Assembly: GCA_002269645.1 (NCBI GenBank)
Contig: NIVC01004835.1
Coordinates: 1 to 33,806, forward strand
Direction of reading: 5' to 3'
Length of the DNA stretch: 33,806 nucleotides
Origin: Macrostomum lignano
Lineage: Eukaryota
The notes below the pieces were generated by a model. It ran no database searches and was not told where the DNA came from. It saw only the letters and a program-made list of their open reading frames with translations. Made by a program: the position numbers and the translations under genes. Shown here one piece after another: positions 11,009 to 19,943 of this stretch. Numbering within the stretch: position 1 is the first letter of the stretch; every line of letters begins with the position of its first letter.

Positions 11009-11798
11009 ATCTGGGACACGTAGAATCACCGCTTGCTGGTGCTGCCAAGCGTGGCAGGGGTTGGGTTGCGTTCTGAGGGAGCTGGCTTGGCAAATATAGG
11101 CGGGAAGTATTAGGCCCGCGGCTTGGGCGCATTGGGCTCGGTCGCCAAGGACAACCGGTGTTTTCTAACATAATAACTCTCTTTCCTGTTAGATCGTACC
11201 ACAATGGCATTTGACGGATTGTGTTCTTGGACAATGCTTTCTGTCTACGTTAACCAGATAGATTTACTACTTTCAGTAAAAACTTTTGCACACGCACAGG
11301 TATTTTAAGTCTGAGTCAGAAAGTTTAAACCGACTCGGATCAGCCAATCCGTCATGACCGTTCCTAATCTTGTGGCGGCGGCGTTTTGATTTACATTAAT
11401 CCACGCGATCCGAATTCGAACACTGTAAGCCCTGCTCGATAAATTGAACTGTCTCCTGTTAACTGGACTCCATCCCCGTTAACTTGTACAAGATATGCGC
11501 GTAACTTTAGGCCAGGACCGGTTTCTGAGAGTTCCTACTCTTCATAGAGGTGTTGGGAGCATCAGATTTCCCTGCAGAAGGGTTCCTGCATGAAGTTTCC
11601 CTCCAGCTAAGTTCTCCCGTAGCAAAGTTTTCCCACAGAAGCTTTTGCGAAGTTTTTCGGTAGCGTACACCCACAGGAAGTTTTCCGCAGCGATCAGCTC
11701 TGCCCCCGCGGTTTTGGCGTCCATCTAGCGCCCTGAATCCACTGGCGCCTTTTCCTGCCTACTGTCAGAGAATCATAGAATGATATGTTTGCAGCTTG

Positions 11799-12098
11799 AA
11801 GTCCCGTGTCCCTCGACCACTTACTGCAGGTGTCGTTTCTAAGTTTCAGTGCTCTGAGGACCAGAACGAGTCCTCATCTCTTAAATAGGGAAAACGAAGC
11901 GACACCTGTACACAAAGGGTCAAGGAGCATTAAACTAAAAGATAGCCATCCAAGAACACCTGCTCACGTTTGATTCATGTTGCAGCAGCAACCCTCATGA
12001 CTCGTTTAAGATGATTGATTCCTGCCGTCTTGAGTGCAATTTCAACATTTTAGAGGCCGTGTACATTAAAGCTCAAGCCTAATTTGAACTGTCAGTTA
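11799..12098 (+). mobile_element. Decayed Penelope-like element fragment: GIY-YIG endonuclease C-terminus (pseudogenised)
   Basis: Translating across frameshifts gives KSRVPRPLTAGVVSKFQC..(*)IGKTKRHLYT/RVKEH..AIQEHLL..C..FKMID..ILEAVYIK/LKPNLNCQ. This matches the Penelope EN pattern GVVY.F.C..YIG.T.R.L..R..EH..A..EH..ILEA.YI..KP.LN. The YIG Tyr codon is now TAA (11882-11884). Confidence 0.8.
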
Positions 12099-13617
12099 GC
12101 TATGGGGTTGTTCGGGGGTGTTCTACGTTTGGGAAAACTCCGTGCGGAAAAACTTTAGCGGGAAAATCTCTTATAGACCCGACTGAGCTCTTTACAGTTT
12201 ACAATTGTAGCCACACCTGTAGAGACGCTATTTGTTCAAAGTTTGATTTGCAGACACTATACGGCTCATTCAAACCAGCATCAATTAAAGCTATAGTTTT
12301 TGCGTGTACGCACAGCTTGTGCAAAATGTTTCATCGCTTCATGACATGCGTGCGCGTAATGTGATGACTCGATTGCATGACAGCGGAGTGAACTAGAACT
12401 CTCAGATTTAGATGTACGAGTACTTCATTTTTTGCTACTCGACCGATACTGACTTTTGGGATGCCCGTAAGTTTCTCTGGCTTACGTAGCAACCTGTATT
12501 CTCCGACTGACTTAAATCTGAAGAGTACCGAGTCTAGCCGTACCCCAGGTCGCGCTTCAGGTTGGGACGCTTCAAAGGTACATGTAGTTCACCAACGCGC
12601 AGCACTCTATCGCCAAGTTCATTCAAGTGACTATCCTTTAGAAAACTGACAAGTTAGTACGTTACGTACAAGTTCGATTGAATTAAAACTAGAAGACAGA
12701 GTAAGACGTTCACAGTCCCAGTTATGTGAAGTGTTTGCACTATCAGCTCCAGTTCTAACGCAATGTAACAAGCGCCAAAGATGCGCCGCAGCTGACTTTT
12801 AGAACTTTCGACCATCGAGTCTTATCGCGCTGGTGTTGTGAAGACGCCGCACGAAGTGCAAGCTATTTTTAGCCGCTCACATAAGCCAGGGTATGAAAAA
12901 TGGCAGTACAACGAAAAGTCTCCGACTGGCCTCAGTAACTAGCTACTTGAAGTAGGCACCTGCGAGTAAATATTTTTCCCGCAGTCCAGATAAAGAGGCA
13001 ACTAACTACCCGGGCGCTACAATAGATGCTTGCAGCAAAAGTTATTCCAATATCTTTTAAACTATTGCAGACTAAAATTTAAAAGAAAAAGTCGATTGAG
13101 AAAAACGAAACAGATTAAAAAGCCGAAAAGGTCCTAAGAAAGTGTGTAGGTTATTCGAAAAAAGAAAATAATTGCTTGTATATTTTTCAACGCTTGATTC
13201 ATTAATATTTGTTGTTGAGTTCAAATGTATAAAACGTAGCGGAATGCCAAAAAACTGTCGATAAATTTATGTAAATAGCCTTCAAAAATAGAAAAAATGA
13301 CACTGAAAAATGTGCAAGTGGCTAATTGAAAGTATTTGAATTAGGCCGAAAAAAGCCAGACAAAAAAGCAAAAAACTAAGTCGCTGTTACATTTTGCCAA
13401 TTTTGCTAAGACAGCACAACTTACACTGTTGCTCTTCAGTTCGTATACTTGAATTACATGATAACACAAACTAAATATTTGGTCAATTAGTGAGGCAAAT
13501 AGGGATGGAGCTCTGTCTAACGACAAGGACAAGGGCCAAATTGAACGGAAATCAGAATCGCCATGCGGACAGAGCGTAAATAAAGTTGCAAAAAAGCGAT
13601 TACATGCTTCTCATGTA

Positions 13618-13623
13618 TTTATT
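13618..13623 (-). terminator. Candidate polyadenylation signal AATAAA of the ZnT gene
   Basis: TTTATT on the plus strand, about 45 nt downstream of the TGA. Confidence 0.55.
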
Positions 13624-13667
13624 GCAATAAACGTTATAAAGTCTTTGAGACTGAAGAGCAGGAGTGA

Positions 13668-14783
13668 TCAGTCTTGCGGGTCCTGGCAGTGCTCGCAGTC
13701 TGCCATGGCCTCAACGTATTCCTCGATCTGCACAGTGACCTCGTGAAGTTGAAACCGCTGCTTAACCAGCCTTGTGGCCGCCAGCAGCAACTCCTGCTGA
13801 TTAGCGTCCTTAACAACGGCCAGGTGCGCGCTGACGGCCGTTTTGTTCATTGTGAGACTCCACAGGCGCAGGTTGTGCACTTCGATAACGCCTGGCACAG
13901 AGGCGAGCGTCTCCTTGACAATGTTGAAGTCCAAGCCCTTGGGTGTAGCCTCCATCAGCACGCGCATAGTGTCGCGCAAAATGCTGAAAGTGGTGAACAG
14001 GACCAGGATGGAGAACAGGAAGGTGCAGATGGGGTCGGCCAGTTTCAAGTCAGGTCGGTAGTAAATAACAAAGGCCGCACAGAGGACGCCCAGACTCTGC
14101 AAGAAGTCGCCAACTACATGAATAAAAGCTGCCCGAACGTTGATGTTTTGGTCTGAATGACCGTGATCATCGTTGCCGTGATTGTTGGCGTGACTGTGAC
14201 CGTGGTCAGTGCCGTGACTGTGACCGTGCTGATGCAGCGTCACCGCCATGATGATGTTAACCGCCACACCAACACCGGACGTGATGAGCATAGCCTGGCC
14301 TTGAACTTCGAAGTTCTGATTGACAACGCGTTCAATTGCCAGGTAAACCAGTATACCGGTGACCACCCAGATCATGAGCACAGAAACCAGGGCCCCGACA
14401 ACTTCGGCCCGGTGCCAACCGAAGCTCATTCTCTTCGTGGCCGGCCTGGAGGCCAGGTAGAGCGCCAGCAGGCTAATCATGAAGCTGGCAAAGTCCGTCA
14501 GCAGGTGAGCAGCGTCCGTCATGATGGCCAAACTGTTGGCGATGGCGCCGCCAACGATCTCGCCGGCCATGAAGAGCAGGCAGAGCAGCGAGGCGACCCA
14601 GAGCTTGCGCCGGGCCGTGCGCTGGCCGAGCGCCAGCAGCTGTTCCCTGACCTGCTCGCTGGCGTGGCAGTGCAGCCCGGCCTCGCTGTCCGAGCTGGTG
14701 CCCCGCTGCATGGCGTGGTAGGACGGACCGGCGTGAGACACCAGACTGCTCTTCTCGCTGACATTGGCACCGTGGCTTGGCAT
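13668..14783 (-). CDS. SLC30A2: SLC30/CDF zinc transporter, ZnT2/3/8 subfamily (SLC30A2-like co-orthologue); single coding exon, 371 aa
   Basis: Contains the N-terminal HCH motif, TM2 HLLTD and TM5 HVVGD Zn site, a His-rich loop (HQHGHSHGTDHGHSHANNHG..HGHSD), NINVRAAF, DPICTFLFS, a CDF C-terminal domain and terminal CEHCQDPQD. The ATG at 14783 is preferred over 14834 because a splice acceptor lies between them. Confidence 0.96.
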   Translation of the reverse strand: MPSHGANVSEKSSLVSHAGPSYHAMQRGTSSDSEAGLHCHASEQVREQLLALGQRTARRKLWVASLLCLLFMAGEIVGGAIANSLAIMTDAAHLLTDFASFMISLLALYLASRPATKRMSFGWHRAEVVGALVSVLMIWVVTGILVYLAIERVVNQNFEVQGQAMLITSGVGVAVNIIMAVTLHQHGHSHGTDHGHSHANNHGNDDHGHSDQNINVRAAFIHVVGDFLQSLGVLCAAFVIYYRPDLKLADPICTFLFSILVLFTTFSILRDTMRVLMEATPKGLDFNIVKETLASVPGVIEVHNLRLWSLTMNKTAVSAHLAVVKDANQQELLLAATRLVKQRFQLHEVTVQIEEYVEAMADCEHCQDPQD

Positions 14784-14817
14784 TGTGGACACAATAATCA
14801 ATGTGTGCGCGTGACAA

Positions 14818-14837
14818 CTGCAAAGTTTAATCATTAG
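14818..14837 (-). promoter_or_regulatory. 3' splice acceptor (branch point CTAAT..TTTGCAG) upstream of the ZnT start codon
   Basis: The minus strand reads ctactaatgattaaactttgcag|ttgtcacg..acaATG. The AG is at 14819-14818, 34 nt before the ATG. Confidence 0.55.
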
Positions 14838-16464
14838 TAGGGACTTAAAATGTGAAGTTTTGAAGAGGCTATATGCCTATGTTTAATCGGCTCGACCTTC
14901 TCACGAACCTTTTTAAACAGCCAATCCGAACAAACGCTATGGGGTCTCACTTCATACTCGAGTGTACTTGCATTCAAATTGCTAACAAAGCAATTAACAG
15001 ATCTGAGAAGCACCTGTGAGGGTCAGGAAAATTACTACTGTTATCAAAGCTCTTGCTGATAATCTTTGGCAGAATTATAAATTGCAACACACCCATGCCA
15101 CGTGACATGAGTTTCTTGTTGGGAAACACTTTTGAACTATAGTAGAAAGCAAAATAAACATAGAAGTACAATTAAACTGTATGCAAGACTAATGGTAAAG
15201 GAGCTTAAGAAAAAAGAGATTTTATGAATTTTTGAGTAGGCCTAAAACAATTAGATTTTTTCTTTTTTTCTGAAAATGCTCTCATTTTCAACAAATTTGA
15301 TATTTTTAGACTTGTATTTTATTTTTTATTTTGAATAAGTAATTAAGTAGTTCAACTATTAGAAGTTATGAATATAAATATATATGTAACTTATTTGGCC
15401 ATAAAAAACTAAGTCATTATTGCTACTTAAATTGTCAATTTAAATAAAAAATCTAAGCAGGAAAAGAGACAGAAAGAAGATTAAAACTCCTAAACTCTAG
15501 AAAAAAACTCTAGAATAAACTCATTTAAATCCTAGACATATTGTGAAAAGTTTCAAATTATTTTTCACTTGAATAAAAAAGAAAGTAGCATATAATAGTT
15601 ATATTTCTACTCAAAAATAGAAATCAATAATAGGCTTATCTGGCTATTAAAAAGTATTTTTGAACTATATAAAATAATAATAATGATAAATAAGATTAGA
15701 CAATATCTTAAACAATGATCTATATCCATTAAAAATATTAGGGCCTAGGGCTAGGGAGTATAATAACTGGGTCTAATTAAAAATGTTCAAAATATCCAAA
15801 AATGCACCCATAATAACAAAGCAATGAGCCAAAAAAGGATGATTTTTCAAAATTTAATATGGAAATATGGCTACACTAAGCCTTTACTCTGAGCCCAATA
15901 AATTTAGACAGCATAGACAGTTAGACCTAATAATGCAAAAATCATTTTTTGAGAACTGAAGCAACATGGGTTTACTAGTAAGACAATATTAGTAATAAAT
16001 TAAGATGCTAATATAGCTGAGTTAAGTAAAGGTTACTACCTAAATACCATTGAATAATACAATCTACTTGCTACTTGCACCTATACATTATAATGTTTGA
16101 ATATGAATATACTTTCGTATGTTTGATTGTTTTATGCATACAGAGGTAAACTATCAAATAAAGGAAAGAGTTGCAAATAATTACTTAATAAATAAATAAT
16201 TCTAAATCAATCAGGCTGTTGGTCTGTAGCAAATGCAACAATAACAACTGCAAGTGCTGTTTTTGTTTGCTGCACGCAATTCGTTCGCTTTAGTCTCCGA
16301 AACATTTCGAAGAAAATCATTGTTTTAAATTTAGAGTGAACATAACATTTTAACAAGTTTCGACGGCATTTACAAGCAATATTACCAGCGGTTCCTATAC
16401 GTCCCTCCTTGCCTCGTCTCTCCGATTTAAATAATCGCGTTATATTCCATCTATCTTGATTTCC

Positions 16465-16531
16465 CCAGGCGATACTACATCACTTGTTTATGTACAGTAG
16501 CTTTGTTGAGCAGCTGGTCGTATTTTGACCA
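16465..16531. repeat. Direct repeat A, copy 2 (paired with 19877-19943)
   Basis: 67 bp, 5 mismatches by manual alignment. Confidence 0.93.
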
Positions 16532-16540
16532 TTAGTGAAG

Positions 16541-16600
16541 GGGAGGCAAAGACAAACCGAGTGTGAAGACGGCAAGGCAATGAAAAGCTAGGGGTTGCAC
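16541..16600. repeat. Direct repeat B (paired with 16891-16950)
   Basis: 60 bp, 8 mismatches. Starts gggaggcaaagacaaaccga in both copies. Confidence 0.92.
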
Positions 16601-16890
16601 TCCAAGTCGGTCAATGGTATTGTTGAAACAAATTGATTAGAGAGGATTTAAAATTGACGAGAAAAAATTCCAAACGCGAGCAAACCCTTATAGTAGCCGC
16701 ATAGGTGGCGGCCTCAATAGGCACACGGCATGCACAACGCACCCAAAAACCCAAGCTGACAGCCAACACCCAAACAGCCCCCAAGAACCACGTATGTAGC
16801 TATATACAATGGACCTTGACAGCCCCCTTGCTTGCATTAAAGGCGGTTAGCCCTCGCCGGCTCGCGCAAACCGATATATTAGTTAATTAA

Positions 16891-16950
16891 GGGAGGCAAA
16901 GACAAACCGATTGTGGCGACGGTGAGGCAATTAAAAGCTAGGGCATGCAC
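16891..16950. repeat. Direct repeat B, YR-proximal copy
   Basis: Aligns to 16541-16600. Confidence 0.92.
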
Positions 16951-17099
16951 CCCCAGGCCAAACTGACAAATAAATGAACGAATGAGAAAATTAACGAAAA
17001 AAGGGGAAATTAAGGCAGGGGATAAGAGTAGAAATATAAAAACCTTGAAATCACGAGTAAAAGTCACTCAAAGGCAATTCTCTCTAAAAAGCGCCAGCA

Positions 17100-17846
17100 A
17101 TATGCGAACCAGCTTCAGCAGAGAATCTGCATAGGCAGTGGAAGGTAGGCAGTCACAGCATCACTTCGCCAGTCACCGATGCATTTCACCTCTTAAACAG
17201 AGTACCACCTCTGCGCAAGCTGTGCGCTGAGAAAGAACGGTCGAACGTCCTACCCAACAGTTGCTAGGCAACGCTTGAGGAACCTGTCGAATCTTGAGGC
17301 AGACAGGACAATAGAGGATCCGCTCGCCAACACAGGTTGCCTGCCACCAAGCTTGCTGATGCGGAGGTGACTCTCTAGCGCGGCCACCAGGCAAAGCGGA
17401 TGCCCTTATTTTAGCATTGGAAGCAACACTCGGTGCAGCCTCGCTTCGAACTGGTTCGTTTTGCCATAACTGACGGAGAGCACAACCCTCTTCGGGTGGT
17501 ATTTAAAGGCTGAGACGGAGATCGCTGAACCGGATTGCTGGCAGGGCAGGAGACTGGAACGCCAAAAAATCCCCCACCAAGCAATCGGCGTCACAAGCCA
17601 GCAGACTGTATCAAGCGAACTGCTCGAATTAAGTCGGTTCCTCACAGACCGGCAGCTTCTGTCTTGGTCGCTGGCCCAACCTCCGTTTGGCGACGCGAAC
17701 GAGCAGTCAGACCAGGTGGTTTTTGTTCGGTCCTCAGCATCATCACAAGTTTTGAACCAGCTGGACAGTGCACTGACGTGGACACGCAGACTGTTGAACG
17801 ATCTCAGGGGGCATTCGACTAGGTGAGCCAGGTGGTTAAGTAGCAC
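17100..17846 (-). pseudogene. Tyrosine recombinase remnant
   Basis: SFNSLRVHVSAL..WWGIFWRSSLLP..GKTNQF..CLVAAL..HSLRRGG (17224-17204)..GDWRSDAVTAYL, with catalytic Tyr at 17147-17145. Stops at 17406 and ~17250, plus frameshifts. Confidence 0.92.
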
Positions 17847-18129
17847 CGACCAGTCGTATCAAGTCGGGTTGGTCCAGCTCTCGTTGCAATAACTGCGCCA
17901 GGACCGGACGGCCGATGAGATTGCCCTGTGTGACTGCGGTGCGTATGTTGCGGCGAGGAGGCCGGAGGTGGCGGCGCCGAGGGTCTGCGTTGCAGGGAGG
18001 CGGCCTGTGAAGATAAAAAAACAGGAAGTAAAAACAGAAAACGCGTGATCGGAAAACTACACAGGGAAATTTGCACCGAGCCAAAAGCACAGAAAATAAA
18101 ACTAAACAACTCATGACATGATTGCAAGC

Positions 18130-18430
18130 GGGACCCGCATCAGAAAACAGCTGATAGGCACCAGGAAAGTGAAAGACCTCAAATTCAACGTCGAAACGCA
18201 GACACAGCAGCGTAACAGCCTGCAACAACCACATCAGCCGCGAGTCCCTGGAGACACCTCGCCTCAGCATCCAACACGCCGTCTCATTGTCGCAGTCGAC
18301 AGCCAGCCGACACCCGACCAAGGACTGGGGTCATCTCAAAACAGCCAGCGAGATAACCACAGCCTCCTTGTAATTGATGCAGTAATCCTGAAAAACACCA
18401 TTCGCGTCAGTCTGCAAATCAATGAAGCAC
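18130..18430 (-). pseudogene. RNase H remnant of the YR retrotransposon
   Basis: LQTDA..INYKEAVVI.LA..R*..VDCDNETAC.ML.RG.SRD.RLM..L..FH.PG..FSDA retains the D-E-D-D catalytic pattern and has one in-frame TGA. Confidence 0.85.
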
Positions 18431-18744
18431 CAATCACGAATTCCATCACCGTCACGGAGCACCGCTGCGTCACCTAAAGACGATGAATCGGTCTCCATGG
18501 CAACACAAGCCCTCAGCGAAGTCTACAGGCCAACACCGATGCGATGCTGCAAAGCCAGACGCCACCAGGAGAGGAGACGCACCACGGAGGGGCTAACAAG
18601 AACCCTGACATGAGGCTGATGCAGCTTGTAAGTCGACATAAGTCGACAGCCAGCCGACACCCGACCAAGGACTGGGGTCATCTCAAAAAAGCCAGCGAGA
18701 TAACCACAGCCTCCTTGTAATTGATGCAGTAATCCTGAAAAACA
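18294..18744. repeat. Internal 104-bp direct duplication (18294-18397 and 18641-18744) within the RT/RNase H region
   Basis: The two copies differ at one position (aaacagcc vs aaaaagcc). Confidence 0.95.
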
Positions 18745-18779
18745 GTGTGAAAAACAATCGTGAAGTGTGGAACACACTT

Positions 18780-19461
18780 CACGGTGAATCCAAGCTGCTC
18801 CAGCAGATCGATTCAGATGATTGTAGAACTTTTAACAGGACTCCTGACCTCCACAGAAGGCGAAGTCATCCATGTAGGCCTTGATAGCGTAGAACCCAGG
18901 CTTCAATGGCTGGCTGGCCCTCGCCATGGAGCTGAATCTTCATGCCTGTGACCCGGTGGTCATCTGGGTACACTCCACATGAACGGTACGATACAAGTCC
19001 ACTTTGCACATATACGCGCCGCTATACAGCTTCAAGGCAAAGTTGCTGGCAGATGTAAAACGCAACTTCCGTTTCGACTCTAAGAAATCATTGACTGAGG
19101 TGCGAGTTGGCAGGCTGCAGTCGTGAATAAGGCGGATGGAAGACGAGTCCGCCTTAGGGATCGCACCAAGTGCACTTACAATTAGCGGCCGATTGCCTGC
19201 CTGACAGCGCCTGTAGAGGTCCTGCTCAAGCTCCTGATGCACTTGGGCCTCAACAGCTTGTTGGTGAATAGTAGCTGATCTTTGATTCGTCATTTCAGTG
19301 TGGTTCTTATAATCCATCACCTTATTAGTAATACGGAAGCCATTCTTCACACCATCGAGCTCGAACCTGACCCGGTCCTCCAGCATCTCGGTCCCAGCCA
19401 GCTCTTCCCGCCAAACCGCAAAGACAAGGTCGCTCGACAACTCTGTTGAACTGGGGGTCAC
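18780..19461 (-). pseudogene. Reverse transcriptase remnant of the YR retrotransposon
   Basis: W..EL..D..F.LDGVKNGFRI..N..SA..V..EL..VSALGAIPK.D...RLIHDCS.P...SVND..YMCKVDL, then across frameshifts AYMDDF (YMDD at 18876-18865) and DLLEQLGFTV. The middle LPFG block appears deleted. Confidence 0.9.
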
Positions 19462-19548
19462 TTAAGGGGGAGATCCCCCGTGGGGCACAGGAGGGTGACC
19501 CGGAGCTAGACCTTGAGTCCTGTGCCCCCACCTCACACGCTAGTTTTT

Positions 19549-19770
19549 TTAAAGTTGGCCCGAGTCTTCATCAGCGTATGCTCGGGCCTCGGAGTGCGGC
19601 TGTGAGCACCTGCGGCACTGATGAGTTCTGTTGCAGCTGCTAAGACTGTTGAAGTCGAAACAGACCGGTGGCTGCGTTCGCTTTTTAGGCGCTCTTGCAT
19701 TTATCAATTTGTTGGTGCCATCAAGTGTGTTGCCACCAGACGCTGACAGCACTCCACCGCATTCCTTCAT
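19549..19770 (-). pseudogene. Ngaro-like ORF1 (gag) C-terminal remnant with Cys/His finger
   Basis: VCFDFNSLSSCNRTHQCRRCSQPH at 19662-19594 resembles the C..FN...C...H.C..C...H motif found in ORF1 of this group. It lies immediately upstream of RT. Confidence 0.65.
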
Positions 19771-19876
19771 GCTGGAAAATCTCGAGAAGCCCTCAAGGAC
19801 TACTACTACTCTTTGAACGTATGTACGCTCGTATGTCCATTCTCTCTAAGCGATTGCGCCAATCCCTAGCAAGACT

Positions 19877-19943
19877 CCAGGTGATCCTACATCACTTGTT
19901 TATGTACAGTAGCTCTGTTGAGCAACTGGTCGTATTTTGGCCA
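19877..19943. repeat. Direct repeat A, copy 1 (5' end of the element)
   Basis: ccaggtgatcctacatcacttgtttatgtacagtagctctgttgagcaactggtcgtattttggcca aligns to 16465-16531. Confidence 0.93.

Larger units (their letters stand above)
16465..19943 (-). mobile_element. Decayed Ngaro-like tyrosine-recombinase retrotransposon (DIRS order) with split direct repeats
   Basis: On the minus strand, in order: gag-like Cys/His motif, RT, RNase H and YR, all with stops, frameshifts or deletions. Two pairs of direct repeats are present: A (16465-16531 / 19877-19943) and B (16541-16600 / 16891-16950). No inverted termini or TSD were seen. Confidence 0.9.

Noticed and set aside
11853-11895. CTGAGGA...GAAA in the Penelope fragment (possible PLE hammerhead)
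   Set aside because: The only good hairpin (TGAGGAC/GTCCTCA) consumes the core itself, and stem II before GAAA is at most 2-3 bp.
14784-14834. Longer ZnT N-terminus from the ATG at 14834
   Set aside because: The extra 17 codons overlap a branch point and acceptor (CTAAT..TTTGCAG) and look intronic.
13674-14837. 160-aa and 226-aa plus-strand ORFs
   Set aside because: They are antisense shadows of the GC-rich ZnT coding sequence and show no recognisable domain.
19618-19680. Hammerhead-ribozyme-like core (CTGATGAG...CGAAAC)
   Set aside because: Stems I, II and III do not form with the required G-U-H cleavage triplet. The match falls on the antisense strand of the gag Cys/His motif and looks coincidental.
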